Origin: a virus
Taxonomy: Duplodnaviria; Caudoviricetes
IMG/VR virus record: IMGVR_UViG_3300032243_001073
Coordinates: 1 to 28,915 of that record
Reading direction: 5' to 3' (one strand)
DNA: 28,915 nucleotides
Under the pieces are notes generated by a model. That model did not search any database. It was not told where the DNA came from and saw only the letters and a program-made list of their open reading frames with translations. Each line of letters begins with the position of its first letter. Positions within the stretch are counted from its first letter, which is position 1. Positions 8,286-15,711 of this stretch are shown here, piece after piece. A program made the position numbers and the translations under genes.

Positions 8286-9131
8286 ATGGCGAATTCAACT
8301 AATCCCCTGGCCAAACACTTTAGACAGCCACAAATTTACATTAAACTGCCCAGCGAAGGACGCTGGTATCCCCCGGGCACACTGGAAATGCCTGTGACCA
8401 AAGAGTTGCCTGTATTTGCTATGACTGCCAAAGATGAGCTGACACTTAAAACTCCAGACGCCTTGCTTAACGGGCAAAGTACTGTTGATGTAATCGAAAG
8501 CTGTGTGCCTAACATTAAAAACGCTTGGGCTATGCCCAGCGTGGACCTAGATTCAGTGTTGATTGCTATACGTACAGCCACCTACGGCGCCAGAATGGAG
8601 TTTGTGTCCTTATGCCCACATTGTTCCGGCAAAAACGAAAATGCTGTGGATCTAGGATTTTTATCCAGTAAAATAGTCTGCCCTGATTTCAATGAAACTA
8701 TAAAAATTGACGGATTAGAATTATATCTTAGACCGCAGTCTTACAAGGAATTCAACAGGGCCAGCATAGAAAACTTTGAACAACAGCGTATTTTAGAAGT
8801 TGTATCCAATGAAACTATCGCAGAAGATGAAAAAGTTGCCAAGTTTAACCAACTGTTTAAAAAGCTATTAGACTTGACCATTGAACAGGTCAGCCATAGT
8901 ATTGCTGCTATCAAATTAGAAGCTGATGGTGTAACAGTAGATGACAGACAGCAGATAGATGAATTCTTTAGAAACTGTGATCGCAAGGTATGGGATAGTG
9001 TAAAAAGTCGACTAGAGCAGTTGAGTAGTCAAAGTGCAATGAGAACAGTGGATCTAGTTTGCGAAAAAGAAGAATGTGCCAAACCCTACACATCACCATT
9101 GGTATTTGAGCAATCAAGTTTTTTCGTCTGA
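8286..9131 (+). CDS. gp26: Baseplate hub assembly protein (gp26-like); start revised to ATG 8286
   Basis: PQIYIKLPSEG, MTAKDELTLKTP, DLDSVLIAIR, CPHC and CEKEEC Cys pairs, C-terminal FF; the track start at 8214 overlaps the divergent gene. Confidence 0.8.
   Translation: MANSTNPLAKHFRQPQIYIKLPSEGRWYPPGTLEMPVTKELPVFAMTAKDELTLKTPDALLNGQSTVDVIESCVPNIKNAWAMPSVDLDSVLIAIRTATYGARMEFVSLCPHCSGKNENAVDLGFLSSKIVCPDFNETIKIDGLELYLRPQSYKEFNRASIENFEQQRILEVVSNETIAEDEKVAKFNQLFKKLLDLTIEQVSHSIAAIKLEADGVTVDDRQQIDEFFRNCDRKVWDSVKSRLEQLSSQSAMRTVDLVCEKEECAKPYTSPLVFEQSSFFV
9119..9125 (+). other. Candidate programmed -1 ribosomal frameshift heptamer T_TTT_TTC
   Basis: AGT TTT TTC GTC TGA in gp26 frame; the -1 frame (CGT CTG AGG CTT TTG AGT...) is open and continuous with the 9137-9355 ORF. 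Confidence 0.6.
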
Positions 9132-9136
9132 GGCTT

Positions 9137-9355
9137 TTGAGTCAGTCTAACGAAGAAATTGCTGAAATGCTGAAAGATTTCGACGAAGACTCAAAAGCCC
9201 TTAGAAAATCAATATTAAAGTTATGCTGGTATATGAGAGGTGGATTGACTCTAGAAGAAGCTATGACCATTGGTTTCCAAGATAGAGAACTAATCAGCGA
9301 AATAGTTGATGAAAACTTAGAAGTAACAAAAGAAACAAAATTGCCATTCTTCTAA
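9137..9355 (+). CDS. gp51: Baseplate hub assembly catalyst-like protein (gp51-like), probably expressed as frameshift fusion with gp26-like
   Basis: Short ORF after gp26 with LCWYMRGGLTLEEAMTIGFQDRE; TTG start lacks a clear SD. Confidence 0.6.
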   Translation: MSQSNEEIAEMLKDFDEDSKALRKSILKLCWYMRGGLTLEEAMTIGFQDRELISEIVDENLEVTKETKLPFF

Positions 9356-9779
9356 GATGAACTTCGTTCATCTGTCGTTTCGTTGGCACTCAACAACAGT
9401 TTTCTTTTCTTAGAGCGAAGCGATAATAGTTTCATCCAGATTAATCAGTCACACTTTGCCCTGGCGGGCAAAGTAATGCTTCATCCGAGTAGCACAATCA
9501 CTTAGCGTTACACTATTACAGAGGCGGTTGTCCGGTACCTCGAAGTGCGTCTTTATCACAACGGCAATTTACAAACTATACGCTAACATACTTGTAAATC
9601 TGTAGAATTTCTCTACTCTTTTTGCCTATTTTTACTCCGTTCAAACAATCAAACAGCGGCGTTTCGCTATCGTGGTCCTGTCAAGGATACTGATTGAGTA
9701 CTTTTTGCAGCGAAAAGATTTCCCTCCCTGTGATCCTAGATCCAGGTATACGGGCACCCGATGTTAGCCGGTGCTGGCC
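9356..9779 (-). ncRNA. Candidate large structured non-coding RNA (family not identified)
   Basis: Largest intergenic region in the window, almost entirely made of stems, multibranch closures and a 7-bp loop-to-distal pairing; several mismatches become G-U pairs only on the minus strand. Confidence 0.6.
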
Positions 9780-10214
9780 TTAACTGCTTAACTTGTCCTT
9801 GATGTGTGAGCCGTGAACACGAACCTGTATATGTCCGTTATAATATTCATCTGATTCCAGTACACGTCGGCTAAATTGTTCTCTAGCTTCTATGTAGCTA
9901 CATTCTGCCTTACTTTTACAATAATAGAGTATTTCTCTGGTAAAATTTTCTGAGCCTAGTTGTTCTATATCTTTAGCGAGTTCATCGCTTGAGCCATAAT
10001 AGTCTCTCCAGTCACTGTCGACCTTTGAGCGAATTTTCTTTTTCTTTTTTGTGCCGTTTTTTAATTTTACTGTACGTTGTGTAGTTTTTGCGAATTTAGC
10101 CAGTTTTTTGCCTATGTACTTGCGCCCTGATAGAGTGTTGGTGATTAGGTAAACAAACCCTGTGCAGTCCTCGGGTAACGTGTCGATCTGTGATCCTTCG
10201 AATAACCAAGTCAT
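9780..10214 (-). CDS. Minimal GIY-YIG (Seg-like) nuclease
   Basis: GFVYLITN...KYIGKK, YYGSS, NFTREIL, conserved Glu (YIEARE) and Asn (YYNG); Lys-rich insertion; no C-terminal DNA-binding domain. Confidence 0.85.
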   Translation of the reverse strand: MTWLFEGSQIDTLPEDCTGFVYLITNTLSGRKYIGKKLAKFAKTTQRTVKLKNGTKKKKKIRSKVDSDWRDYYGSSDELAKDIEQLGSENFTREILYYCKSKAECSYIEAREQFSRRVLESDEYYNGHIQVRVHGSHIKDKLSS

Positions 10215-10256
10215 AATTAGTCTGTTTAATTGTCAGTGTCATATAATTTATCTGTT

Positions 10257-11264
10257 TTACCACGATGTGGCGTATTCTTGATTCACAACCGATTTAGAGC
10301 ATTTAGTACGGCATTCCTGCCATTGAAATGCTTGAAATTCAGTGTTCCAAAAACTGTCGCTTAATGCCTGTTCTAGAGTCCTTGAGTGTAGATTAAATTT
10401 TTCTGCTATATTTTGCCATTCGGTATTATGGCCGTATCTGTTGGCTACCCAGCAACAGGGGAATAGTCTGCCTCTAGCATCTATGTACAGTCCTTTGTTG
10501 CCAATGGCACAAAGAGGAACAATGCCCTCCCTGTTGATATTTTGATTATAAAGTTTTAAATTGATTGGCAAAATCGTTTGCCAGTTGCGTTTAGTCAAGT
10601 CGACAATTTCTCGTTCGAATCTATGACTGCTGCTGATAAATTGTACGCTGGGTTCCAATGGATCATTCGCACCGTAATTGGAGTAGATACTGCCAAATTT
10701 GGTACTGCGAGTAATTTGAAATCTATCAACACCCAATGCTGATGCCTGCTGTTGCATAAGATCTAAATAGTCTTCGTTAAACTTAAATGCAATAGCAGCC
10801 CACACTATGTTACAAGGGCTCACTGCTCTCAGTGCCTTGATACCTGCAACAATGCTGGCATAATCGCTGTTGACACGATACAAATTGTTACTGGCATTAT
10901 CATAACCGTCAATACTAAAATGTACGCTGTCGTTGGCAACTAGAGCACTACCCAATTCACTCCACCAATTGGCCTTCTTGTGTGATCCGTTGGTAACTAT
11001 AACAATCTCCACTGGCTTGATGTTTTTGATATATTTGATAACATCTATCAAGTCGTGTGCATATATTGGATCACCATCGTCCCCACAGAATGTAATTTTC
11101 TCCACATTGGCCAGCACAAACTCTGGGGTAAAGTTACGTTTGAAAAATTCCAAGTTTAACTCTGTATTAACTAAACCTGTGGGTACTTCCTGCCTGGCAC
11201 ATCGGGGGCATTGTAGTGTGCATTTACTGCTGATTTCTATGTGCCAGTGCCAGGTTGCTAACAT
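10257..11264 (-). CDS. Radical SAM protein with C-terminal SPASM/twitch-like Cys domain
   Basis: CTLQCPRC (CxxxCxxC), GDP, VTNGS, FSIDG, C-terminal C..G.LYIDARGRLFPCC...CRTKC. Confidence 0.92.
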   Translation of the reverse strand: MLATWHWHIEISSKCTLQCPRCARQEVPTGLVNTELNLEFFKRNFTPEFVLANVEKITFCGDDGDPIYAHDLIDVIKYIKNIKPVEIVIVTNGSHKKANWWSELGSALVANDSVHFSIDGYDNASNNLYRVNSDYASIVAGIKALRAVSPCNIVWAAIAFKFNEDYLDLMQQQASALGVDRFQITRSTKFGSIYSNYGANDPLEPSVQFISSSHRFEREIVDLTKRNWQTILPINLKLYNQNINREGIVPLCAIGNKGLYIDARGRLFPCCWVANRYGHNTEWQNIAEKFNLHSRTLEQALSDSFWNTEFQAFQWQECRTKCSKSVVNQEYATSW

Positions 11265-11270
11265 AATATA

Positions 11271-13043
11271 TTAGACAACTTCGACATCTGTGCTGTAGTT
11301 GGTAAATCCATTTTCTTTTACAACTGTGAGAATATTATTAACACGCCCTGCCAGTTCATCTTTATGTGATACTAGCCAAATGCTCTTGTTACTTTCCCTG
11401 CTCATTTTCTTAAGAATGGCCAAACTATTTTCAACACCGCTTGAATCCATACCGCTATCCACTAACTCATCGATAAACAATAAGTTAATGGGTTTATATA
11501 AACTTTCCCATACATCACGGAAACTCCAACTCAAACTTAAAATAAGTCTGTTGCGTTCACCACGCGATAAATTATCAAAGTCCAGTTCACGTCCTAATTC
11601 TTCAATGCTGACTGTTAAATCGTTTTGAAATTTAACCACGTGCGGTAAACCAATCTTGTCTAAGTAATAGCCTAGTCTGGCATTCAAATAACTTAAATTT
11701 TGATCAATGATCTTTTTACGAATAAAACTGTCTTTGTTGGTCAACAGTTTAAGCAAGAACTCTTGATGCTCTTTGATTCTGGTCAGTACATTCATTGTAT
11801 CATAACTAATTTCTTCAAGAGCCTGTTCCTGCATTTCTTTAATCTGTTCAGCATAGGGATCTACTTCTGCTTGTTTGGCTGACAATTGGCTCAGCACACT
11901 GGCCATACTGCTACGATGTTCAAAAGCGTCGGCCTCACTAGAATAAAATGTAGTGGGTTGTGTACCCAAGTCGCCCAGTTCTCCAAGAGCATCAGTATGT
12001 TCCATCCACTGTGTATTTGTTGCCAAGGCTTGTAATGCGGTTTCTTGCAAGGTCTTGCGTTTTTCGTCTAACAGTAGTTCTTGCTTGTCGTCGTGAAATG
12101 CTTGCCCGCAACTGTGACAAGTATGATTTTCTAAACTGGCAATTTCTATTTTGAGTTTTTCGATTGCTTTGGTTTCCCTGGCTTCATCCAGTTCACAACG
12201 CTTGATCCAATTGGTCAATTCTTTAATCTGTTTTGACTTGTCTGTATAAGCGGATAATCCCTTGTGTGATTCTAACTCTGCTTCAATATCCAATTCGGCA
12301 AGTTGATCATAGGCCGCTTGCAGGGCAACAACATCTTCGTTCTTTTTATTATTCCACAAGGTCTGTCGACGCAACAGCGCATCAATTTGATCCTGTATAC
12401 GTTTGTTGGCGTCGCCCACTGCTTTGATACGAAACTCTTCCTGTTGAATAGCATCTTTGGTAGATTTGTTCTGTTCTTTTAAGGCATCAGCTTTTTCACT
12501 CAGCAAGGTAATGCCCAACAACTGTTCAATAATAGTGCGTTGATCATTGGCTTTTAAACTTAAGAACGGTTCAGTATAGGTATTCAGTGCAACAATATGT
12601 TTGAACATATCGTGACTCATATTGAGCAAGCGTTCGATCTCGCCCTGTGTTTCCCTGCTGTCGCCTTGACTGTTGTCGTCTTTGCTTTCTAGCTCAGTCT
12701 CGCCAATATAGAATTTAAGCACATTGGGTTTACGTCCACGCTCAATCCTATATTGTTCGCCATCGTTTTCAAAATCAATAGTGACCAACATATTCTTGCT
12801 GTTGGTCTTATTGATCAAGTTGTCTTTTTTGATGTTGGTCAGTGCTTGACCAAAAAGTGCGTAACTTAAGGCATTGATGATGGTAGTTTTACCAGTACCG
12901 TTACGGGCACCACTATCATCGCCGCCCAAGTCCAAGTTTTCTCCTAACACTAATGTTAAGTCATTGCGGTCAAAGTCAATACCTTGGGTGGCGTTGCCCA
13001 CACTCATAAAGTTTTTAACACTCAGTGATTTTATTTTGAACAT
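11271..13043 (-). CDS. gp46: Recombination endonuclease ATPase subunit (gp46/SbcC/Rad50-like)
   Basis: KNFMSVGN, Walker A NGTGKTT, zinc hook CHSC, signature LSRGE, Walker B LLFIDE, SH switch. Confidence 0.96.
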   Translation of the reverse strand: MFKIKSLSVKNFMSVGNATQGIDFDRNDLTLVLGENLDLGGDDSGARNGTGKTTIINALSYALFGQALTNIKKDNLINKTNSKNMLVTIDFENDGEQYRIERGRKPNVLKFYIGETELESKDDNSQGDSRETQGEIERLLNMSHDMFKHIVALNTYTEPFLSLKANDQRTIIEQLLGITLLSEKADALKEQNKSTKDAIQQEEFRIKAVGDANKRIQDQIDALLRRQTLWNNKKNEDVVALQAAYDQLAELDIEAELESHKGLSAYTDKSKQIKELTNWIKRCELDEARETKAIEKLKIEIASLENHTCHSCGQAFHDDKQELLLDEKRKTLQETALQALATNTQWMEHTDALGELGDLGTQPTTFYSSEADAFEHRSSMASVLSQLSAKQAEVDPYAEQIKEMQEQALEEISYDTMNVLTRIKEHQEFLLKLLTNKDSFIRKKIIDQNLSYLNARLGYYLDKIGLPHVVKFQNDLTVSIEELGRELDFDNLSRGERNRLILSLSWSFRDVWESLYKPINLLFIDELVDSGMDSSGVENSLAILKKMSRESNKSIWLVSHKDELAGRVNNILTVVKENGFTNYSTDVEVV

Positions 13044-13753
13044 AAATGATTGTAAAGTAATTCTGCTAGGTGCTCGTGACCTTGTTCTAACATATGCCCA
13101 CCTTTACCAACAGGAAATGTATTGCAAAGTTGTGTGATATAGAAATTATTCCAATAATAAAATTTTGATAGATCAATGCTACCTATATAGTACTTGATTT
13201 CTTCATATTCATCAAATATTTGTTTGTCATTCATTAGATTAAAATTAATTAAATTTTTAACAGAATTAATAAAAATATCTTTATCAACTAACCATTTTGA
13301 TAAACGGTTAGGCATAGTATTAATCATCAAATAGTTTTTATTTTTCAACAATGATTGCAATTGTATTATTTGTTGCAGCCATAACTTGAAAGCATATAAC
13401 TCGTTGTACCAGTGTTTATAAAGCATTCGACCCATATCTCTAAATTCCGAACAATTTTTAAGTGGCTCAAATTCAGTTTTTAAATGAACATTAAAATTTG
13501 TTTCAAAATTATTGTCGGATTTATAAAAAGTAAATCTGCTATAGTCAGTCCACGCTATTAAGTATAAATCGTAATCATTGTTAATATTTTTTATAGTTCT
13601 ATAGACTATACTGTAGTTACTACTACCAGAAACAGCATCGTTTACAATAGTGCTGTTTAATTTATCGGCTACTAGCGCAGGCCAAGAGGATACTGATGGA
13701 TTAATCAATTCGAAGCCGTAAGTGAACGAACAGCCATTGGCATAAATTCTCAT
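13031..13753 (-). CDS. SGNH/GDSL hydrolase-like protein (AT-rich insert)
   Basis: ANGCSFTYG (block I Ser), NDAVSGSSN (block II), GGHMLEQGH (block V-like). Confidence 0.7.
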   Translation of the reverse strand: MRIYANGCSFTYGFELINPSVSSWPALVADKLNSTIVNDAVSGSSNYSIVYRTIKNINNDYDLYLIAWTDYSRFTFYKSDNNFETNFNVHLKTEFEPLKNCSEFRDMGRMLYKHWYNELYAFKLWLQQIIQLQSLLKNKNYLMINTMPNRLSKWLVDKDIFINSVKNLINFNLMNDKQIFDEYEEIKYYIGSIDLSKFYYWNNFYITQLCNTFPVGKGGHMLEQGHEHLAELLYNHLCSK

Positions 13754-14766
13754 AGATTTCTGTAAATGTCTAATAATAACCCGTTATCATAATGCTCACT
13801 AGTAATAGCAGTCAATTGATTGGTAACAATTTGATCCACAGATTCAAATGCCACATTGCCTTGAATTTCATACTCTGCCAAGTCTGTATTCTTTTGCGGT
13901 ATAAGGGTAATTTCACGTAGTCTGTGACTACCCATAAATGTTTCTTTGATAAAATTAGCTTCTTCGTAGCTGATATCTATATCAATATTTACCCTAACGT
14001 GCATACCGGGTTTGAGTATGGCATCTGCGTGATTTAAGATAGCACCTAACCCCAATACACGGTATGTGGGCTGATCGGGCCAAGCGTGATAAACAGGCTC
14101 TTGTCCCCATTCTAAAATGGCAAGACCACGCTCATCGTCTCCAGCATCAGCATAGTTGTGGGGAAAACAGTTGCCAATGTAAGTAATATTTTTGTACGTT
14201 TGACGTTTATGAAAGTGTCCGGTAAACACGTGATCGAAATTTTTAAATGACTCGCGTTTGACTTCACCGTGATCCGGCATCTGCACCATAGCATTCATAA
14301 AGAAGTGGGGCAGTTCAAAGTGCCCAAACATATAACGGCCCTTTAACTTAGGGATACGTCTATGATCATCGCCAACAAGCCAAGGAGCGATAACCACGTC
14401 ACCAGACTCAAACCAGTCATTGCAAATTCGGATGTTTGGAAGATGCTTCGCCCACTCAACGCTCTGAATATCACGCTTGTCCCTATAATACAAATCGTGA
14501 TTACCAGGAATAAAATACACTTGGTCAAAATTGTCATTTAAGTGCTCCAGGGCCTTGAGACTATAGTTCAAGGTAACAATATTTATAGATGCACGGTTGT
14601 TATGCCAATCACCTAAAAACAAGGCTGTTTCACAACCTTCCTCTCGGGCTTTGGCAGTGGCCCATTTGACAAAGTTCAAACAGTCCTCATTGTGTAGTGT
14701 ACTGTTTGACTTCAAACCAAAATGAATGTCTGTAAAAATTGCTGCTTTTTTAAATAGATTTGCCAT
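13750..14766 (-). CDS. gp47: Recombination endonuclease nuclease subunit (gp47/SbcD/Mre11-like)
   Basis: Metallophosphoesterase motifs DIHFG, LGDW, GNHD, GHFE, GHFH. Confidence 0.96.
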   Translation of the reverse strand: MANLFKKAAIFTDIHFGLKSNSTLHNEDCLNFVKWATAKAREEGCETALFLGDWHNNRASINIVTLNYSLKALEHLNDNFDQVYFIPGNHDLYYRDKRDIQSVEWAKHLPNIRICNDWFESGDVVIAPWLVGDDHRRIPKLKGRYMFGHFELPHFFMNAMVQMPDHGEVKRESFKNFDHVFTGHFHKRQTYKNITYIGNCFPHNYADAGDDERGLAILEWGQEPVYHAWPDQPTYRVLGLGAILNHADAILKPGMHVRVNIDIDISYEEANFIKETFMGSHRLREITLIPQKNTDLAEYEIQGNVAFESVDQIVTNQLTAITSEHYDNGLLLDIYRNL

Positions 14767-14773
14767 ACGGTGT

Positions 14774-14802
14774 AGTGTAACAGTTTGCTGTTACAAAATC
14801 AA
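14774..14802 (-). promoter_or_regulatory. Sigma70-like promoter TTGATT-N17-TACACT (extended TG) upstream of gp47
   Basis: Read on minus strand; -10 box ends 7 nt before the ATG; spacer contains inverted repeat TGTAACAG-N4-CTGTTACA. Confidence 0.55.
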
Positions 14803-14813
14803 ATCTAATTTAC

Positions 14814-15686
14814 TCATTCTTCAAACTGGCCGCCACCGCTGCTCATACCCTGTCGTGTATAACTGGGGTTCAAATTATTCATTTCCAGAATATCGTCTCG
14901 AAGATTTTGGTTGCGCTTTTCAATATTAAGAACACGAGTAAAGCTATTAGTAATGGCAGCAGTATAATAAGCAAAAGGGTTTTGAGACTTAGACTCATCG
15001 AATTGTAATCCTATTTGACTTAACTGTAACAAGGCCTGACTACGCATTTCGTCGTTGTAGGTATAGCCACGCCAATTAGAGCGTGTGGCATAGCGTTCAC
15101 ACAACTTCATAAACATATGAGCCAGCTTGTTGGTCATAGCACCGTGATCCTTATTGAACACGCCTGTGTCCAAAGGTCCTTTCCAATGGCTCTTACCCAC
15201 TAGTAGGGGCTCGCCCTGCTCGTCAATTTTATAATGATAAAATGGGGGAAAGTTGACTTTGACATATTTGTTATGTTTTGGATCATCTTCATCATACTCT
15301 GTGTGCGTTGTTTCTTCTTCGTCTTCGTATAACTCTTTGGCTGCGTTCTTGGCTTTGGCTGTCTTAACGTCATCCAAGGGTATATGTTCCCAGGTCATTA
15401 CTCGAAAAACTACATCTGTTTGGGGCACTTTTGTATATTTAATTTCAAACTGATCGGCTTTTTGTTTTTCTCCTGTGGCGGCCACTGCGGCTTCGTGAGC
15501 CAATTTGCTCAATCGTTCAGCTCTGAGTTTACGTGCTTCCAGTATGTTTTTCTTGTTTATTTTCTTAACATCAGGCAAAATCATATCATAATCTGCATCA
15601 GCTCGATCCGTGTAGGTGCAGTAAGTGGTTTTGCTCTTGTGGATTTCTTTAAGAATATCCTTGTTGTTTAGGTAATTGTGTTTAAT
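14814..15686 (-). CDS. gp55: Late-transcription sigma factor (gp55-like); start extended to probable ATT codon at 15686 (290 aa)
   Basis: NWRGYTYNDEM, FDESKSQNPFAYYT..ITNSF...EKR motifs; the in-frame upstream extension encodes the N-terminal motif HNYLNNKDIL; AAGGAG lies 7 nt before the ATT. Confidence 0.88.
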   Translation of the reverse strand: MKHNYLNNKDILKEIHKSKTTYCTYTDRADADYDMILPDVKKINKKNILEARKLRAERLSKLAHEAAVAATGEKQKADQFEIKYTKVPQTDVVFRVMTWEHIPLDDVKTAKAKNAAKELYEDEEETTHTEYDEDDPKHNKYVKVNFPPFYHYKIDEQGEPLLVGKSHWKGPLDTGVFNKDHGAMTNKLAHMFMKLCERYATRSNWRGYTYNDEMRSQALLQLSQIGLQFDESKSQNPFAYYTAAITNSFTRVLNIEKRNQNLRDDILEMNNLNPSYTRQGMSSGGGQFEE

Positions 15687-15711
15687 GGTAGTTCTCCTTG
15701 CCAGTTAGCGT

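Noticed and set aside
9425-9495. Hammerhead ribozyme or box C/D reading of the GGATGAA repeats
   Set aside because: No exact CUGANGA...GAAA core or C/D box pairing in the right arrangement.
9700-9779. Faint RNase P RNA resemblance (GAGGGAAATC, CCGGCTAAC)
   Set aside because: The segments are in the wrong order and cannot form the P4 helix.
9356-10256. Group I intron carrying the GIY-YIG gene
   Set aside because: The flanking genes are intact and convergent, so no host gene is interrupted, and I could not find P7-type core sequences.
15702-15704. CTG as alternative gp55 start
   Set aside because: It has no SD and lies at the predicted transcription start region. ATT has an ideally spaced AAGGAG, though a leaderless CTG is not strictly excluded.
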